Made by a program: the position numbers and the translations under genes. The notes below the pieces were generated by a model, which was given only the letters and a program-made list of their open reading frames with translations, was not told the origin of the DNA and made no database searches. This document shows positions 19,753 to 28,289 of a DNA stretch of 64,000 nt, in pieces; the first letter of the stretch is position 1; each line of letters begins with the position of its first letter. Origin of the DNA: an uncultured Phycisphaeraceae bacterium (lineage in GTDB: Bacteria; Planctomycetota; Phycisphaerae; Phycisphaerales; UBA1924); contig CAZTJZ010000003.1 of assembly GCA_964614075.1 (NCBI GenBank), positions 4,408-68,407 of the forward strand, given 5' to 3'.

Positions 19753-20856
19753 TCAGCGCCCTTCCGTCACGCGGTCGATCACGACCTTCTCTCCGGGCAC
19801 AAGGCCGGAGAGCACCTCGACGCGCCCGTCCACGCTTCTGCCCAGTCGGACGGCTCGACGCTCGCGCACGCCGTTCACGGCTACGTCGACGCACTCGACC
19901 TGGCCGATCGTGCGCACGGCGTCGCGGGGGATCAGGAGGGTCTTTTCCTCGCCCACGGGGATCGACAGGCGACCGAACATCCCCGCGTACACGCCCTCGG
20001 GGCAGGGGCCGGTGACCTTGACCTGGAACGTGCGGCTCGCGGACTCGGCCTCGGGCACGATCTCGCTCACGGTTCCGGTGCAGGCATGGTCGAGCGCGTC
20101 GACCTTCACGGACACCCGACTGCCGACGGTGAGGACTCGTGAGAGCGACTCGCGCACGCTCGCCACCATCTGCATGCGACTGGGGTCCAGGACCGTCACG
20201 ACCACCTGCCCCGGCGACACCGTGTCGCCCGTGCTCACACGCTTGTCGACCACCGTGCCATCGATCGGGCTGCGAAGCGTCGCGTACTCCAGGACGGCCT
20301 GGGCCTCGGTGAGCGACTGCGTGGCTCGTGCCAGGCTGGCCTCGGCCCCTTTGAGCGCATGGACCGCGCGGTCCAGCTCAAGCCCGGCGATGGCGTTCTT
20401 CTCGAACGCGGATCTGAGCCTGGACTCTTCGGCCCGCGCCTGGTCCAGCATGGCCTGGGCGTGGGACACCGTCGATTCCGCCTGGGCACGCCGGGCGATC
20501 AGATCGGTGTCCTCGAGGCGGACCACGATGTCTCCCTTGTCGACATGCTGGCCGGCGATGACGTTGACCTCCAGAGCCCGCGCGAGCAGCCGCGAGGCGA
20601 TCTCCACACGATGCACGGGCTGGATCGCGCCTACCGCGGTCTCCTCCCGGGGCAAGGAGTACGCCAGGACTTCCACGACAGCCGCCGTCCCGAGTGGCCG
20701 GGCGGACGCCGCGGGCGTTGCGTGAGCCGAGATCTTGGGGCGGAACGCTCCGACCAGCCAGAGCATGAGTGCGACCACCGACGCCGTGAAGACCACGAGC
20801 ACTGACGCTGTGGTGATCCAGCGTGGCCGACGAGCAATTCTGGAGTGGATGCTCAC
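19753..20856 (-). CDS. RND efflux periplasmic adaptor (MFP/HlyD family)
   Basis: 367 aa. N-terminal TM anchor, coiled-coil hairpin region, and beta-barrel segments (VDKGDIVVRLED.., TLRSPIDGTVVDK). Confidence 0.9.
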   Translation of the reverse strand: MSIHSRIARRPRWITTASVLVVFTASVVALMLWLVGAFRPKISAHATPAASARPLGTAAVVEVLAYSLPREETAVGAIQPVHRVEIASRLLARALEVNVIAGQHVDKGDIVVRLEDTDLIARRAQAESTVSHAQAMLDQARAEESRLRSAFEKNAIAGLELDRAVHALKGAEASLARATQSLTEAQAVLEYATLRSPIDGTVVDKRVSTGDTVSPGQVVVTVLDPSRMQMVASVRESLSRVLTVGSRVSVKVDALDHACTGTVSEIVPEAESASRTFQVKVTGPCPEGVYAGMFGRLSIPVGEEKTLLIPRDAVRTIGQVECVDVAVNGVRERRAVRLGRSVDGRVEVLSGLVPGEKVVIDRVTEGR

Positions 20857-20918
20857 GAGAGGTTCTCCGCGGAGTGACGCCTCGACACTCTGACGGAGAC
20901 TTTGAGGCGCCTACCCCT

Positions 20919-21911
20919 TCACGGGTTCCTGGAGAGTCGGGCTCGCGATCGGTTCGGGCCTGGGGCACGGCTTGCGCGTGCTAATCCATGACCGTTGCGA
21001 ACCTCCGAGCCCCCGCCCGCGTCGCGATCCGCACTACGGATGGCCTTGAGGATCGCCTTCCGCACCCGCAGGGGCATCTTCCCTTCTGAGAGCCTCGCGC
21101 ACGTGCTCTGCGCGAGGTCCAGTTCCGCGAAGACCGATTGGCAGCGCTCGCACACGATGCCCTGCCCGATCGGGAAGCCCCTTCCCTTGTCCATCGCGTC
21201 GAGCTTGGCCTTGAGCAGGTCCAGGCAGACCTGTTTCTCGTAGGTCGGCGCTCTGGCGGATCGCTTGGGTACGGCTCGTCGCGCCATGATCGCCTTGCGC
21301 AAGAGCAGCCGGGCCCGGTGGACGCGCGTCTTGATCGTCTCGGGCTTGATGTTCAGTGCGGCGGCCACATCCTCGATGGAGAGCTCCAGCATCTCCTTGA
21401 GGACAAGGGGCACGCGGAAGCTCTCCGGCAGCGTCAGGATCGCCTCGTGCACGGCCCGGGCCGACTCACGGACAATCGCCGAGCCCACCGGCCCTTGCTG
21501 GTCCGCGTGAAGCGGATCACGTTCAAAATCGGCGAGGTCCACGTTCTTCGTCTCGTTCCATGGCATCAGCTGCGACACCGCGGGCATGCGACGGTCGATG
21601 CCTCCCTTCCGCCTCATCCGGGCCTTGCACGATCGGGCCGCGATCGCGTACAGCCACGTGCCGGGGCTGGCGTTTCCCTTGAATGTGTGCCACTTGCGGT
21701 AGGCCTGGAGGAACACGTCCTGCACCATGTCCTGAGCGTCGGCGGCGTTGCCGCACATCCGCGAAGCCAGCGCGTAGAGCCTTGGAGCGTGGAGCTCAAA
21801 GAGCGCCGGGACGGCCGTCCTGGCGGGGTCCATCGCACGCGGCTCCTCACACGGCGGCGTCGCGGCGGGAACCTGCTTGGCGGTTCTGGTGGCGGATGGG
21901 GAGTGACTCAC
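20919..21911 (-). CDS. ECF-type RNA polymerase sigma factor with ~110-aa C-terminal Cys-containing extension
   Basis: Region 2 (DAQDMVQDVFLQAYRKW) and region 4 HTH (LSIEDVAAALNIKPETIKTRVHRARLLL), then an extra tail with C-x25-CxxC-x15-C. The start could be ATG 21833 (MDPART..). Confidence 0.85.
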   Translation of the reverse strand: MSHSPSATRTAKQVPAATPPCEEPRAMDPARTAVPALFELHAPRLYALASRMCGNAADAQDMVQDVFLQAYRKWHTFKGNASPGTWLYAIAARSCKARMRRKGGIDRRMPAVSQLMPWNETKNVDLADFERDPLHADQQGPVGSAIVRESARAVHEAILTLPESFRVPLVLKEMLELSIEDVAAALNIKPETIKTRVHRARLLLRKAIMARRAVPKRSARAPTYEKQVCLDLLKAKLDAMDKGRGFPIGQGIVCERCQSVFAELDLAQSTCARLSEGKMPLRVRKAILKAIRSADRDAGGGSEVRNGHGLARASRAPGPNRSRARLSRNP

Positions 21912-22138
21912 GAGGGCAGTGTAGGGATTGAGGGCTCCGCCTTGGGGCGTGAGCTCATGAGCTGATGCCTTTCACCGAGGGCGTTGCAGGCCATGGCGAG
22001 CCACGCGAGCGCGCGCTGTTCAACCCGTCCATGAAGCTGGCTCCGGACGGGTCGCTGTGGCGGCTCCAAGCCCCGCGGAGCCTCGCTCGGAGTGCGCGAC
22101 TGCGTTGCACGTCAGGCACTCGCAGACGGTGTTCGCGG

Positions 22139-23380
22139 TTACTCTGTTCGGGCTCGAGGCGTGGTCATGCCCTGCGCCGAAGCCCAGTGGGCGAGATCCG
22201 TGCCGTTGATGGCCGCGGCCATGAGCTCGGGGAACATGTCGGGAGTGCACGCGAAGCTGGGGACGCCGAAGCCCGCGAGCGCGGCGGCGTTCTTCTCGTC
22301 GAAGCTCGGCGCCCCGGAATCTCCGAGGGCCAGCAGCGTCACCATCCGCGCCCCCGAGCCGGCGATCGAGGCGGCCCGCCTGAGCATCTCCGCGTTGTTC
22401 CCGCCCTCGTACAGGTCGGTGACGAGCACAAGGATCGTGTCGCGCGGACGCGTGATCAACCCCTGGCAGTAGGCGAGGGCACGGTTGATATCGGTGCCGC
22501 CCCCCAGCTGCACGCCCATGAGCACGTCGACCGGGTCGCCCATCTTCTCGGTGAGGTCGACGACGCTGGTGTCGAACGTCACGACGTGCGAGCGGATCGC
22601 GGGGATCGACGCGAGCACCGCGCCGAAGACGCCGGAGTAGACCACCGACTGCCCCATGGACCCGGACTGGTCGATGCAGACGATGATCGTCCGGAGCTGG
22701 CTGCGTTTGCGGCCGTACCCGATCCGCGACTCGGGGACGATCGTCTTGTATTCGGGCTGGTAGTGCTTGAGATTGGCCCGGATCGTTCGGTTCCAGTCGA
22801 TCTCGTTGTGCCTCGGGCGACGCGTCCTGGTGGATCGCTTGAGCGCGCCGGTCACCGCGGTGCGCATCGGGGCGTCGAGGCGGCGTTTGAGATCCTCCAC
22901 CACTCGCCGCACGACCTCCCGCGCCGTTGCCTTGGCTTTCTGGGGGATAACCCCCGACAGCGCCATGAGCGTTGTGACCAGGTGGATGTCCGGTTGCACG
23001 GCCTCGAGCATCTCGGGCTCGAGCAGCAATCGCTGCATTCCCAGGCGTTCGATCGCGTCCTTCTGCATGACCCGCACGACCGAACTCGGGAAGTACTCGC
23101 GGATGTCTCCGAGCCAGCGTGCGGCGTTCGGGGCCGAGGCGCCCAGGCCGCCGCGGCGTTCGGACCCGCCGGCGTTCCCGTCGTAGAGCAGGGACATGGC
23201 CTTGTCCATGGCCAGCAGCCTCGCGTCCAGGCTGACCCCGGTGCCGTCGGCCTCGTCCCCGCCGAGCAGAAGTCGCCAGCGCTTGAGGCGGGTTTCCGCA
23301 TCCACCGAAGGGTGGGTCGGCGCCGCGAGACGGGGCGAGCCTTGGGCATTGGGCGCGATGGACGGCCTGGCCTGATTCAT
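22139..23380 (-). CDS. VWA domain protein (5th gene of SWIM-MoxR-VWA operon; YehP-like by recollection)
   Basis: 413 aa. Complete MIDAS set: DQSGSM, GGGTD, LVTDLYEGG. Its ATG overlaps the upstream stop (ATGA 23377-23380). Confidence 0.85.
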   Translation of the reverse strand: MNQARPSIAPNAQGSPRLAAPTHPSVDAETRLKRWRLLLGGDEADGTGVSLDARLLAMDKAMSLLYDGNAGGSERRGGLGASAPNAARWLGDIREYFPSSVVRVMQKDAIERLGMQRLLLEPEMLEAVQPDIHLVTTLMALSGVIPQKAKATAREVVRRVVEDLKRRLDAPMRTAVTGALKRSTRTRRPRHNEIDWNRTIRANLKHYQPEYKTIVPESRIGYGRKRSQLRTIIVCIDQSGSMGQSVVYSGVFGAVLASIPAIRSHVVTFDTSVVDLTEKMGDPVDVLMGVQLGGGTDINRALAYCQGLITRPRDTILVLVTDLYEGGNNAEMLRRAASIAGSGARMVTLLALGDSGAPSFDEKNAAALAGFGVPSFACTPDMFPELMAAAINGTDLAHWASAQGMTTPRARTE

Positions 23381-25647
23381 CGCGTGAGCTCCCCGAGGAT
23401 CATTTTCAGCACCGGGTCCACAAGTTGGCCTCGCGCGGGGTCGTACTCGTCGTCGGCCTCGCTCGCCGGTTGGTGTGCAACGCCCAGGCCGCGCTTGAGA
23501 CTCTCCCCGATCATCCGGCGTTCGGGCTTCGCGAAGGTCGAGAACGTGCGGCGTGCGATCGGGCAGACTTGCTCGAAGGTCGTCGGCGAGAGAGACCCGA
23601 CCCATCCGTCGATGATCGCGAGGAGTCGCTGGTCGTGCACGAGCACCGCGCCGGAGCCGCTCAGGAACCCCTCCACCCAGGCGGAGGCCTGGCCCGGCTC
23701 ATGGCCGGGAGAGAGGGCGAGCGCGATGCGCGTCTCGGCAGATTCCGTGCTGCACGCCCGGGCGTCGAGCAGGATTCGCCACGCCCGCCCGGCCACGAGC
23801 CCGTGGACGTCTGCGTCGGCGAGCTTGCTCAGCTCGGCGTGCCAACGCTCGCTGAACTCCGGTTTTGCCAGCGTGCCCAGGGCGGCGGAGACCGCGTCGA
23901 GCCGGCCGCGCATCTCGCCGGCGGCATCGTCGTCGAGGGAACCGCACGCCGGGAGGAGTCCGGCGCAGATTCGGGCGAGCAGCCCGTCCACCAACGGCTC
24001 GACCAGGGCCGCGTCGGTCTTGCGAACGTTGCCGTACCGGAGGATCAGCGCCAGGGGTGAAAGGGCGTCCATCAGCCCGCCGATGCTCGCGGCAACGGCC
24101 GAGAGGGACTGAATCCGCGAGATGAGCGTGTCGACCGCGCCGGGCAGGTCGGCCAGCATGACGTGATCGAGCAGGTGGGTCAGCTCTGAGAGCTCGCGGG
24201 CGTTGTTGGCCCGGTCCTGAACGCACGCCGCCGCGGCGTCGTGGATCGTGTTGCCCCAGCGGGCGGCCTCGATGACGGCGACGGCAAGCTCCGGCTTCCA
24301 CTGCAGCTTCCACACCTCGTGGAACGTGTTGGAACGCTGCCTTTGGTCGGCCGCCCGTTTGCCCCATGCAATCCCGAGTACGGAGAGCCGATGCAGCAGC
24401 CGGCTGCGGAGGGCGTCGGTCTCCTTCCGCAGATCGAGGTCGAGATCGGCGTCGTCGGCCGAGACCTTCATGCGGAGCGATTTCTGCTGGGCTGCGAGGT
24501 CACGCTGCAGCGGGATGTTGGGGGCGTGCTCGGGAATCTCACCCAGCCGGCGTCCCACAATCAGTTTCTGCTCGATGACGCGCATCGGCAGGGGGTTTCC
24601 GGAGCACAGGATCGAGAGCGTCGCTTCGGAGAGCTCGTCCAATCCCGCGATCGATCGGCCGCGGAGCGCCGCGAGCGCTTCGGCGAGGCGCACCGACTCG
24701 ATGACACTCGCCGGGGAAGCGTCGAGGCTCTCCTCACGCAGGAATCGGGCCACTTTGGCGAGCCATCTCGTGGAGATCTGGTCGTGGTTCAGCCAGAGGT
24801 GCTCGTACCACCCCGGGCTTGTGACCCCCGCGCCGTACCCCGATTGGTGCGAGAGCCGGTCGTAGGTCCAGGGGATCCACGTCGCGTCGGTCTTGCGTTT
24901 GGGGAGCCCCTTGAGGAGCTCGTCGTCGGCCTTGGGCGCGATCGACGTGAGCGACTGGGCGGTCAGCACCGGCGCGTGCCACGCCCCGCAGATGACCGCG
25001 ATGCGCTCGTGGCCTTCCCGCATCGCCGCGCGGATCGACCGGCGCATGTGCGCCTCGCGAGCGGGCTCCTCCGCATCGTGGCGTGATGACCCGAGCTCGG
25101 CGCGGGCGCAGCCCATCGCCTCGGTGATCGCCCCGAAGACGTCCAGCGGGTGATCGTCGCCGCGCCGCTCCTCGATGAGTCGGCCCCACCAGGCCTCGCC
25201 ATCCGCGAAGCCCGCCGCGTGCGCCAGGGCCTCGAGCGGATCAGCCCTTGGCCCCGCGGGCTGCGGTGAGTTTGCCGGCGTCGCCCGGTGTTGCTCTTCG
25301 CCCGCGGCATCCCCCTTGGTCGCTCGCTTCGCGCGGAGCGACTGGGGCAGGTCGATGAACCGCAGCAATGACTTGTGCTTGAGCGCCCAGCGGATCGCCT
25401 GCCACTCCGGAGAGAACTCGGCGAAGGGGTAGTACGAAGCGTCCGAGGGGACCTCGGGGTCATAGACGAGGATCGCGACGGGAGGGACCATGTGGGCGTC
25501 CGCCGCGAGCGGCAGAACTCCCTCGGCGTCCGGAGGTCCCTCGATCAGCACCGCGTCGGGCTTGATCATCTGGAGTGCGCGGCTGACCATGCGCGCCGAG
25601 CCCGGGCCGTGATGGCGGATCCCCAGGATGTAGAGCTCTGCGGGCAT
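23377..25647 (-). CDS. large uncharacterised protein (DUF5682 / YehM-like by recollection)
   Basis: 756 aa. N-terminus LYILGIRHHGPGSARMV...PDAVLIEGPPDAEG matches what I remember of DUF5682. No catalytic motif recognised. Confidence 0.7.
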   Translation of the reverse strand: MPAELYILGIRHHGPGSARMVSRALQMIKPDAVLIEGPPDAEGVLPLAADAHMVPPVAILVYDPEVPSDASYYPFAEFSPEWQAIRWALKHKSLLRFIDLPQSLRAKRATKGDAAGEEQHRATPANSPQPAGPRADPLEALAHAAGFADGEAWWGRLIEERRGDDHPLDVFGAITEAMGCARAELGSSRHDAEEPAREAHMRRSIRAAMREGHERIAVICGAWHAPVLTAQSLTSIAPKADDELLKGLPKRKTDATWIPWTYDRLSHQSGYGAGVTSPGWYEHLWLNHDQISTRWLAKVARFLREESLDASPASVIESVRLAEALAALRGRSIAGLDELSEATLSILCSGNPLPMRVIEQKLIVGRRLGEIPEHAPNIPLQRDLAAQQKSLRMKVSADDADLDLDLRKETDALRSRLLHRLSVLGIAWGKRAADQRQRSNTFHEVWKLQWKPELAVAVIEAARWGNTIHDAAAACVQDRANNARELSELTHLLDHVMLADLPGAVDTLISRIQSLSAVAASIGGLMDALSPLALILRYGNVRKTDAALVEPLVDGLLARICAGLLPACGSLDDDAAGEMRGRLDAVSAALGTLAKPEFSERWHAELSKLADADVHGLVAGRAWRILLDARACSTESAETRIALALSPGHEPGQASAWVEGFLSGSGAVLVHDQRLLAIIDGWVGSLSPTTFEQVCPIARRTFSTFAKPERRMIGESLKRGLGVAHQPASEADDEYDPARGQLVDPVLKMILGELTR

Positions 25648-25668
25648 GGGTGGGCGTTGCGTCGGGCG

Positions 25669-26781
25669 CTAGAGGATCTCCTTGCACGCCCGGTAGAGGT
25701 CCTTCCAGCCCTCCCGCTCCTTCACGACGGTCTCGAGGTACTCCTGCATCACGATCTTGTCCTGCACCGGGTCCTTGACGATCGCTCCGAGGATCCCGCT
25801 GGCGACGTCCGCCGCCTTGACCTTGCCGTCCCCGAAGTGGGACGCGAGCGCCATCCCGCTGGTCACGACGCTGATCGCCTCGGCGGTGCTCATCGATCCC
25901 GAGGGGCTCTTGAGCTTGCTCTTGCCGTCGATGGACTTGCCGTCGCGTAGCTCGCGGAAGATCGTGACCACGCGGCGGATCTCTTCAAGAGCCGGAACCT
26001 CGCCGGGCAGGTCGAGGGCCTTGCCCATCTGCCCCACGCGCTGGTGCACGATCTTGACCTCGTCGTCCATGGAGTCGGGCACGGGGAGCACGACGGTGTT
26101 GAACCGCCGCTTGAGCGCGCTCGAGAGCTCGTTGACGCCGCGGTCTCGATCGTTGGCGCTGGCGATGATGTTGAAGCCCTTGACCGCGCGCATCTCCTCG
26201 TTGAGCTCCGGGATCGGCATCGTCTTCTCGGAGAGGATGGTGATCAGCGTGTCCTGGACCTCGCTGGGCACGCGCGTCAGCTCCTCGACGCGGACGATCT
26301 TCCCGTCGGCCATGCCCCGCATCACCGGGCTCTGCACCAGGGCGTCGCGCGAGGGCCCCTTGGCCAGGAGCAGCGCGTAGTTCCATCCGTACCGGATGGC
26401 CTCTTCCGGGGTGCCCGCCGTTCCCTGCACCAGGAGCGTCGAGTCGCCGCTGATGGCCGCGGCAAGATGCTCGCTGACCCAGCTCTTCGCGGTGCCCGGC
26501 ACGCCCAGCAGCAGCAGCGCCCGGTCGGTCGCGAGCGTGGCGACCGCGATCTCGATGATCCGCTTGTCGCCCACGTACTTGGCGGAGATCTCGGTGCCAT
26601 CCTTGAGCTTCCCGCCCATCAAGTACGTGACGACCGCCCAGGGCGAGAGGTTCCATCGCGGCGGGCGCTCGCGGTCGTCCGTCCTGGCCAGGGCGGCCAG
26701 TTCCGAGGCGTGCTGCTTCTCGGCGGCTTCGCGCATGACGGACGGCACGGCGGCGCTCGCCTCTCGGCTGGTCTTGCTCAC
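25669..26781 (-). CDS. MoxR-class AAA+ ATPase (AAA_5; YehL-like by recollection)
   Basis: 370 aa. Walker A GVPGTAKS, Walker B-like IVRVEELTR, and MoxR-type segment NIIASANDRDRGVNELSSALKRRF. GTG start overlaps the upstream stop (GTGA 26778-26781). Confidence 0.9.
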   Translation of the reverse strand: MSKTSREASAAVPSVMREAAEKQHASELAALARTDDRERPPRWNLSPWAVVTYLMGGKLKDGTEISAKYVGDKRIIEIAVATLATDRALLLLGVPGTAKSWVSEHLAAAISGDSTLLVQGTAGTPEEAIRYGWNYALLLAKGPSRDALVQSPVMRGMADGKIVRVEELTRVPSEVQDTLITILSEKTMPIPELNEEMRAVKGFNIIASANDRDRGVNELSSALKRRFNTVVLPVPDSMDDEVKIVHQRVGQMGKALDLPGEVPALEEIRRVVTIFRELRDGKSIDGKSKLKSPSGSMSTAEAISVVTSGMALASHFGDGKVKAADVASGILGAIVKDPVQDKIVMQEYLETVVKEREGWKDLYRACKEIL

Positions 26782-28289
26782 GATTGAAACTCCCTGTGCA
26801 TCTCCGCACGAACCCGGACACGGTCAAGGCTCTTCCGGATGCTCTCGCTGGGGCCGTCCGGGTACATCTCCGCGACGAGCGCTTCGAACAGATCCGCCGC
26901 CCCGGGGTGGAGCAGCCTCGATATCGACTCGATCGGCGACCAGAACTCCCAGGTGTCGGCCTTCTTGGGTATCGCGGCGCGGAGGATCTTCGCTGCACGC
27001 CTGGAGAAGTCGAGCGACCACGGACGCGGGTCCGACGCCAGCAGCCTCCACGCGGCTGCCCCCGGCACCGGCCCCGCACCATCGAGGAATCGGAGGCGCA
27101 GCGCTTCGCCCTTCTCGGGAGCCTGCGCCCTCCAGATCATGACCAAGCCGGCTTCGTACTCGAGCTTGTGATCGGCGCACGCCGAGACGATGGCCTCGCT
27201 CCATTCGGCGCTATCCGGCTGCTGGGGACAACCGGCGATGCTCGCAAACATCGCTCCGAACGCATCGTCAAAGTACTCGTCGCCGCGGATGGCGGTGAGC
27301 AGCTCCGAGGGCGTCAGCCCGGTGAGCCCTGTCCACGCCGCGAGGTCCGTCGAGGAAAGCACCTGCACCATCCAGAATGCCCGCTTGCCCTTGCCGGCCG
27401 CGGCCTGCTCCTCGATTCCGTCTCGCTCCCACGCCTTGTCGAAGGCCTTCGGCGGCTCGATCCTGACCGTCGTCTTGGCGCGGCGGATCGGTCCCGCTTT
27501 CGTCCTCTCCACGCCGATCATGCCCGCGGCCCGCTCTCGCATGCGAGCACGCAGCGAGGACCCCGCCAGCCGGGTCAGAGCGCGCACGCTCTCTCGACGC
27601 ACCGTCTTGCTGCGATCGTCGAGCGTGGATTCGAGAAAGGGCTCGTCCGCGGGCGCCACGCTGTGTCCCAGGACCTCGACGAACTTCCGCCGCTCTTCGG
27701 CTCCGTCCACGTCCCACGTGGCCCGCACCATCTCCAACGCCCGGGCGGCATCGGTTTTCCGAACCGTGACCAGCAGCGCGGCGCGTTCCGCGGGGGATCC
27801 GGTCTGCCAGATCTCGTCCGCATCCTCCGGGATCTCCGACACCGCGATCGGCTTTCGCCAGTCAGGGTTGAGCCCCGCGAGCCAGGCCCCGCACGCGCCC
27901 GTGGCGCCGAAGACTTCGGGCGAACGGCTCGGCTGCCTCGCCCACCAATCCAGGAGCACCGGAACGACGACCGCGGGCGCCCGCACCTCGCGTGCCTGCG
28001 CGAGCGTGCACCACTCCTGGATCAGCCCCGGCTCGGGAATGGCCAGCAAACGTTCGAGCAGCGCGGCCTGCGACGCCGTCGCGTCCGAACGAGCGTCCGC
28101 GGGGCAGGTCTCGACCGCCTCCGCGGCCGCGCGGCAGCGCCGCCCCGCTCGCGCCCGCATCCCCGCCACCGCCGCCCGCGTGAGCAGCGTCGCGGGTGTG
28201 TCGCCTGTTCGCGCCGCGCGGTCACTGCCCAGCATCGCCGTGACGGCGAGTTCCTTGAGATCCCGTAGTGGCGTGGCTCGGGTGCTCAT
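26778..28289 (-). CDS. uncharacterised protein (DUF5691-like by recollection)
   Basis: 503 aa, mostly helical-looking, no motif recognised. ATG 28289 overlaps the SWIM gene's stop (ATGA 28286-28289). Confidence 0.65.
   Translation of the reverse strand: MSTRATPLRDLKELAVTAMLGSDRAARTGDTPATLLTRAAVAGMRARAGRRCRAAAEAVETCPADARSDATASQAALLERLLAIPEPGLIQEWCTLAQAREVRAPAVVVPVLLDWWARQPSRSPEVFGATGACGAWLAGLNPDWRKPIAVSEIPEDADEIWQTGSPAERAALLVTVRKTDAARALEMVRATWDVDGAEERRKFVEVLGHSVAPADEPFLESTLDDRSKTVRRESVRALTRLAGSSLRARMRERAAGMIGVERTKAGPIRRAKTTVRIEPPKAFDKAWERDGIEEQAAAGKGKRAFWMVQVLSSTDLAAWTGLTGLTPSELLTAIRGDEYFDDAFGAMFASIAGCPQQPDSAEWSEAIVSACADHKLEYEAGLVMIWRAQAPEKGEALRLRFLDGAGPVPGAAAWRLLASDPRPWSLDFSRRAAKILRAAIPKKADTWEFWSPIESISRLLHPGAADLFEALVAEMYPDGPSESIRKSLDRVRVRAEMHREFQS

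Noticed and set aside
21965-24112. 715-aa + strand ORF, and similar long ORFs (2502..4154 -, 5547..7160 -, 16198..17145 +, 26784..28268 +, 28268..29983 +, 36728..38461 -, 41279..43156 -, 58099..59625 -, 60412..61692 -, 61086..62966 +)
   Set aside because: These are antisense or out-of-frame shadows of well-supported genes. Their translations are Arg/Pro/Gly/His-rich low-complexity sequence without motifs, as expected from stop-codon scarcity at ~70% GC.
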